From: Escherichia coli
GTDB taxonomy: Bacteria > Pseudomonadota > Gammaproteobacteria > Enterobacterales > Enterobacteriaceae
Length of the DNA: 64,000 nt
Direction: 5' to 3' (one strand)
Assembly: GCF_003334405.1 (NCBI RefSeq)
Contig: NZ_QOWM01000011.1
Shown here one piece after another: positions 58,537 through 64,000 of this stretch. The position numbers and the translations under genes were made by a program. Numbering within the stretch: position 1 is the first letter of the stretch; each line of letters starts with the position of its first letter. The notes under the pieces are model-generated. The model saw only the letters and a list, made by a program, of their open reading frames with translations. It ran no database searches and was not told the DNA's origin.

Positions 58537-59101
58537 CAAGTTTATCCAGCGCCAGATTGAGTTCAACAATGTTGACAACCGGCTGGCCGATATATTTCAC
58601 CAGCGGTTGTTGGCTGTATTTTGCGATCAGTTGCGTGAGCTGTTCAACGCTGAGATTACGCGCTTTCGCCACGCGTGGGATTTGCCAGGCCGCCGCTTGC
58701 GGGGTGATATTATTGTCCAGCCCGCTTGCCGATGCCGTCACCAGTTCAACCGGAACGCTCGCGCTGGCATCCGGGTTAGCGGCCCGTAATGCAGCAACGC
58801 GTGCGGCTATTAGTTTATCCAGCTCAGGGTTACTGACCGCCAGATTGCTCCCGCCAGAAGCCTGTGGATTATAGGGCATTTCTGCCGTTGCCGACGGGCG
58901 ACCATGAAAATAGCCGTTGCCGGTAAAATTCTGCCCGATTAATGCCGAACCGCGCACCGTATCACCTTCACGAATCAACGAACCATTGGCCTGCCAGGGA
59001 AACCACCATTGCCCCAGTACGGTGGTCAGCAGCGGGTAAACGCCGCCAGTAATCAATAACAGAAAGATAAATGTTGATAATGCCGGACGTAATCCACTCA
59101 T
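58529..59101 (-). CDS. kdpC: K+-transporting ATPase subunit KdpC
   Basis: ORF track 58529..59125; start placed at [15 protein letters not shown] (190 aa). Confidence 0.92.
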
Positions 59102-59109
59102 GGTAAACC

Positions 59110-61158
59110 TCACACCAGACCGCAAACGGTCAGCAGTAAATCAATGACTTTGATACCGATAAACGGCACCAGCAGCCCACCCAGACCGTAAATCCATAAG
59201 TTACGGCGCAACATGGCAGAAGCGGTAAGCGGTTTATAACTCACGCCTTTTAACGCCAGGGGAATCAAAAAGACGATAATCAAGGCGTTGAAAATCACCG
59301 CACTGAGGATTGCGGAGTCGGGCGAATGCAGGCACATGATGTTCAGCGCATTTAACTGCGGATACGTTGCCGCGAATGCCGCCGGAATAATGGCGAAGTA
59401 TTTCGCCACATCGTTGGCAATGCTGAAGGTGGTCAGCGAGCCACGGGTCATCAGCATCTGTTTGCCAATGTGCACCACCTCGATCAACTTGGTCGGGTTA
59501 GAGTCGAGATCGACCATATTGCCCGCCTCTTTCGCCGCCTGGGTGCCGGAGTTCATCGCCACCGCGACATCTGCCTGCGCCAGCGCCGGAGCATCGTTGG
59601 TGCCGTCGCCGGTCATCGCTACCAAACGACCTTCCGCCTGATACTGACGGATCAATGCCAGCTTGGCCTCCGGTGTCGCTTCGGCGAGAAAATCATCGAC
59701 ACCCGCTTCCGCAGCAATCGCGGCGGCAGTCAGACGGTTATCGCCGGTAATCATCACCGTTTTAATGCCCATTTTGCGCAGCTGGGCGAAGCGCTCTTTA
59801 ATACCGCCTTTGACGATATCTTTCAGCGCAATAACGCCCAGCACACGAGAACCTTCCACCACCACCAGCGGCGTGGCTCCCTGACGCGCAACCTGATCGA
59901 CTTTTTGATCAACATCGGTAGGGAAGTGACCACCGTTAGCCTCAACATGGCGACGAATGGCATCGACAGAACCTTTACGGATCATGCGGTTGTCGATGTT
60001 GATCCCGCTCATCCGGCTTTGCGCAGTAAACGGTACAAAGGTGGCATGGAGCGACTGCACATCGCGCTCGCGCAGGTTAAAACGCTGCTTGGCGAGGATC
60101 ACAATACTGCGGCCTTCCGGCGTTTCATCAGCCAGCGAAGCCAGTTGTGCGGCGTCAGCCAGCGTTTTTTCATCCACGCCCTGCGCGGGGATAAACTCCG
60201 ACGCCTGACGGTTACCGAGTGTGATGGTGCCGGTTTTATCCAGTAGCAGAACGTCAACGTCACCTGCCGCTTCAACTGCACGTCCGCTGGTGGCAATCAC
60301 ATTCGCGCCTAGCATCCGGCTCATCCCGGCGACGCCGATCGCTGACAACAGGCCGCCAATAGTGGTTGGGATCAGACAGACCAGCAGCGCCACCAGTACC
60401 GTTACGCTGACTGCATTACCGCCCCACGCGGAAAACGGCCACAGCGTGGCGGTTGCCAGTAAAAAGACGATAGTCAGGGCAATCAGCAGAATGGTCAGGG
60501 CAATTTCGTTCGGCGTTTTGCGTCGCTGTGCGCCTTCCACCATCGCGATCATCCGATCCAGAAATGTCTCGCCGGGGTTAACGCTACACTCAATCACCAG
60601 CCAGTCAGAAAGAATACGCGTGCCGCCGGTGACGGAGGCAAAATCGCCGCCGGATTCACGGATCACCGGTGCCGATTCCCCGGTGATGGCGCTTTCATCG
60701 ACCGATGCACCCCCTTCAATAACTTCACCATCGCAGGGGATAATATCGCCAGCTTCTACCAGTACGATATCGCCTTTACGAAGTTGGTCGGCAGGAACTT
60801 TGTCCGCCGCAGCGCCATATTTCGGCTCACGCAGCTTGCGGGCAAAGGCAGTTTTTTTCACCCCTTTCAGACTGTTGGCCTGCGCTTTACTGCGGCCTTC
60901 TGCCAGCGCCTCGGCGAAATTAGCGAACAGTACGGTGATCCACAGCCAACCGCTAATGGCCGCGCTAAACAGCGCATTGCCGGGCATCGCACCGCTTGCC
61001 ATCGCGATGCTAATACAGGTGGTCAGCAGACTGCCGATCCAGACGATAAACATCACCGGATTGCGCCATTGCGCCTGCGGGTTTAATTTTTTCACCGCTT
61101 CTTTCAGCGCCTGAACGACAAGTGTTGGTTCGAATAGCGCCAGTTGTTTACGACTCAT
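59110..61158 (-). CDS. kdpB: K+-transporting P-type ATPase catalytic subunit KdpB
   Basis: ORF track 682 aa; P-type ATPase motifs DKTGTIT and TGDN. Confidence 0.95.
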
Positions 61159-61180
61159 ATTCAGTGCTCACTCAATATCA

Positions 61181-62854
61181 TCAGGAGAGATATTCCGCCA
61201 CCGGACCAAGCGCCAGGGCAGGGATAAAGGTCAGTGCGCCAACCAGCAACACGGTGCCGATTAACAGGCCAACAAACAGCGGGCCGTGCGTTGGCAGCGT
61301 GCCGGAGCTGGCGGCTTGGCTCTTTTTACTCACCAGCGAACCGGCAATTGCCATCACCGGGATAATCACCCCGAAGCGACCGACAAACATGCAGAACGCC
61401 AGTAAACAGTTCCAGAACGGAGAGTTGGCGCTTAATCCGGCAAAGGCGCTGCCGTTGTTGTTAGCGGCGGATGACACGGCGTACAGCACTTCGCTAAAAC
61501 CATGCGGGCCAGGGTTGAGCATGGCGCTACGTCCGGCGTCGGTCATCATCGCCAACGCCGCGCCCATCAGCACCAGCGTCGGGGTAACCAGAATTGCCAG
61601 TGCAGTCAGTTTCATCTCGCGTACGTCGATTTTTTTACCCAGATATTCCGGTGTACGACCAATCATCAGCCCGGCAATAAACACCGCCAGCAGGACAAAC
61701 AGCATCATGCCGTAAAGACCAGAACCGACACCGCCGAACACCACTTCACCAATTTGCATCAGCCACATCGGCACCATGCCACCGAGAGCGGTAAACGAAT
61801 CATGCATCGCAATCACCGCGCCACAGGAAGCCGCCGTCGTCACGACCGCAAACAGGCTACTGACCAGCACGCCGAAACGGCTCTCTTTACCTTCCATATT
61901 GATGCTGCTGTCCGTGCCCAGTGCCAGCAGATGAGGATTACCCTGAACTTCTGCCCACATCACCACGCCTACGCAGATGACAAAAATCACTGACATCGCC
62001 CACAGCAACATGCGCCCCTGGCGGCGATCGCCCGTCACTTCACCAAAGGCAAAGCACAGCGCCGTTGGGATCAAGAAGATCGCCAGCATCTGCACGAAGT
62101 TGGTCAGTGCGGTTGGGTTTTCAAACGGATGCGACGAGTTGGCATTAAAGAAGCCACCGCCGTTAGTACCGAGCATCTTGATCGCTTCCTGAGAAGCTAC
62201 AGGCCCCATGGGTAACAGCTGTTGCGCTCCTTCAACGGTATTCACAGCCTGATAAGGCAGAAAGTTTTGCAGCGCACCTTGTTGAATAAAAAACAGTGCA
62301 ATCAACAACGCCACAGGGACTAGCACCCATAACGTGATGCGTAGCAGATCGACCCAGGCATTCCCGAGCGTGCTCATGCTCTGGCGGGTAAACGCACGGA
62401 TGAGGGCAAAAATCACCGCAATCCCGCTGGCGGCAGAAAGAAAGTTTTGCACCGTTAAGCCCGCCATCTGGCTGAAATAGCTCAACGTGGTTTCACCGCT
62501 ATAAGATTGCCAGTTGGTATTGGTGACAAAGCTGACGGCGGTATTCAGCGCCAGATCCCACGACAGCCCTGGCAACTGCTGTGGATTAAGCGGCAGATAG
62601 TGCTGACCGAGCAACATAAAAAACAGCACCGCCAGCCCCAGCATGTTCAGGCCGAGAATGGCACAAAGATATTGCTTCCAGTTCATCTCACGGTCAGAGA
62701 CGCCAAGTGCGCGAAAAAGTACGCGCTCAACGCCCGTTGTACCGGGAAGAGGAATGTCATTAATCAGCCGCGCCAGCCCGCTGCCTAAAGGACGCGCCAG
62801 CACCATTAACACCAGTAAAAACGTGGCGATCAGTAAGAACCCTTGCGCAGCCAT
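61181..62854 (-). CDS. kdpA: K+-transporting ATPase channel subunit KdpA
   Basis: ORF track 61181..62998; start placed at [16 protein letters not shown] (557 aa); start codon overlaps the kdpF stop by 1 nt. Confidence 0.93.
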
Positions 62855-62943
62855 CAGAACGCCTCCGCATTGATCAGGGCATAAACCAGATAACCCAGTA
62901 ATAAAAACACCAGCAATACGCCGGTTATCACGCCTGCACTCAC
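62854..62943 (-). CDS. kdpF: KdpF small membrane peptide (29 aa, GTG start)
   Basis: Last 29 codons of ORF 62854..63057: [29 protein letters not shown] with GTG (cac at 62941-62943) as initiator. Confidence 0.75.
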
Positions 62944-63016
62944 AGTGCACCTCCAGTGGCCTAAAAGTGATACCGGAAGGGTAGAATTCTGGCTGCAAAG
63001 ATTTCGCAAAAATCTG

Positions 63017-63047
63017 CGGGCGGGGTGTAAAAAAAGTATAAAAATGG
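63017..63047 (-). promoter_or_regulatory. KdpE-binding site of the kdpFABC promoter
   Basis: Revcomp reads CCATTTTTATACTTTTTTTACACCCCGCCCG, matching the KdpE operator as I recall it; about 75 bp upstream of the kdpF start. Confidence 0.5.
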
Positions 63048-63255
63048 CAAAAGCCATGATTTAACTAATGTTTAGTATTAATTTAACTTTTGTGTAACTT
63101 AATTACAGGATGAATGTAAATAAACCATCAATAAGCAAAAATAAGTGGTCGGATGAGTAGTAAAATTACACAAAAGGCGGTACTATTTTCATCAGATAAA
63201 CAAATTCATTTTTCCGGTGCCATTCACCGGGTAGATACAAAAGGGGGAGAAAAGT

Positions 63256-63462
63256 ATGGAACTCTACAGAGAATATCCTGCATGGCTTATCTTTTTACGC
63301 CGTACTTATGCGGTTGCAGCGGGCGTTCTGGCGCTGCCTTTCATGCTTTTCTGGAAAGACCGCGCCCGCTTTTACAGCTACCTGCATCGCGTCTGGTCGA
63401 AAACCAGCGATAAACCGGTGTGGATGGATCAGGCCGAAAAGGCAACTGGTGATTTTTATTGA
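63256..63462 (+). CDS. ybfA: Small protein YbfA (DUF2517), hydrophobic central segment
   Basis: ORF track 68 aa [40 protein letters not shown]... Confidence 0.85.
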
Positions 63463-63484
63463 TTGCTGAGTTTTGAATACATTG

Positions 63485-63516
63485 AAAACCGCCAGCGGAA
63501 ACGCTGGCGGTTTTTT
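63485..63516 (+). terminator. Intrinsic terminator of ybfA
   Basis: Hairpin ccgccagcg-gaaa-cgctggcgg (63489-63510) followed by a T6 run. Confidence 0.75.
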
Positions 63517-63704
63517 GTATCAGGAAGATGTTCAGAGGAATATTTAGACATCGTTATACCAATCGAAACATATATTCATGAAATATATATAAATATTTTC
63601 CTAATTGTTCTTATCTGACAGATATCTCACTTAAGGCTTTCTTATAAATCTGTAGGGTTTCGCCTGTCAGCAGACAAATAACCCGATAAAACAAGGATGA
63701 GCAG

Positions 63705-64000
63705 ATGAGCGGAAAACCGGCGGCGCGTCAGGGCGACATGACGCAGTATGGCGGTAGCATTGTCCAGGGTTCAGCCGGGGTACGCATCGGTGCCCCCACC
63801 GGCGTGGCCTGTTCGGTGTGCCCCGGCGGGGTGACGTCCGGCCATCCGGTCAATCCGCTGCTCGGTGCAAAGGTCCTTCCCGGTGAAACCGACATCGCCC
63901 TGCCCGGCCCGCTGCCGTTCATTCTCTCCCGCACCTACAGCAGTTACCGGACAAAAACGCCCGCGCCGGTGGGGAGCCTCGGCCCCGGCTGGAAAATGCC
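63705..64000 (+). CDS. rhsC: Rhs-family protein, N-terminal 98 codons only (rhsC-like; continues past the window end)
   Basis: ATG at 63705 gives MSGKPAARQGDMTQYGGSIVQGSAGVRIGAPTGVACSVCPGGVTSGHPVNPLLGAKVLPGETDIALPGPLPF..., recognised conserved Rhs N-terminus; GC-rich relative to the AT-rich upstream spacer; absent from the ORF track because no stop lies in the window. Confidence 0.8.
   Translation, partial: MSGKPAARQGDMTQYGGSIVQGSAGVRIGAPTGVACSVCPGGVTSGHPVNPLLGAKVLPGETDIALPGPLPFILSRTYSSYRTKTPAPVGSLGPGWKM

Noticed and set aside
59470-61114. Plus-strand ORFs (59470..60246; 60221..61114) antisense to kdpB, and 61122..61993 antisense to kdpA
   Set aside because: Embedded in recognised kdp genes; S/A/R-rich antisense translations.

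Overview
This window reads as an Escherichia coli-like (Enterobacteriaceae) chromosomal segment with conserved gene order: rlpA (3' truncated) - mrdB - mrdA - rlmH - rsfS - cobC - nadD - holA - lptE - leuS - ybeL - ybeQ/ybeR/djlB - ybeT/ybeU/djlC - hscC - rihA - gltLKJI - lnt - corC - ybeY - ybeZ - miaB - ubiF - a five-gene tRNA operon - asnB - umpH(nagD) - nagCAB / nagE - glnS - chiPQ - fur/uof - fldA - ybfE - ybfF - seqA - pgm - ybfP - ybfG-like - potE - speF - speFL - kdpEDCBAF - ybfA - start of an Rhs element. All calls rest on reading the six-frame ORF track and the nucleotide sequence and recognising protein N-termini and lengths from memory; no database search was run. About 60 protein genes, 5 tRNAs, one candidate sRNA, several REP/BIME repeats and terminator hairpins are supported. 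I found no CRISPR array, transposase/IS element or prophage. The best candidate for a poorly understood system is the AT-rich-flanked, internally duplicated cluster ybeQ-ybeR-djlB / ybeT-ybeU-djlC next to the Hsp70 paralog hscC (11.1-18.9 kb), whose biological role I cannot assign. Other points worth a second look are a tRNA operon with 5 rather than the 7 genes I recall for K-12, a duplicated kdpE 3' fragment about 4.3 kb from kdpE, three copies of a composite REP-spacer-REP element, and the Rhs start at the window edge.
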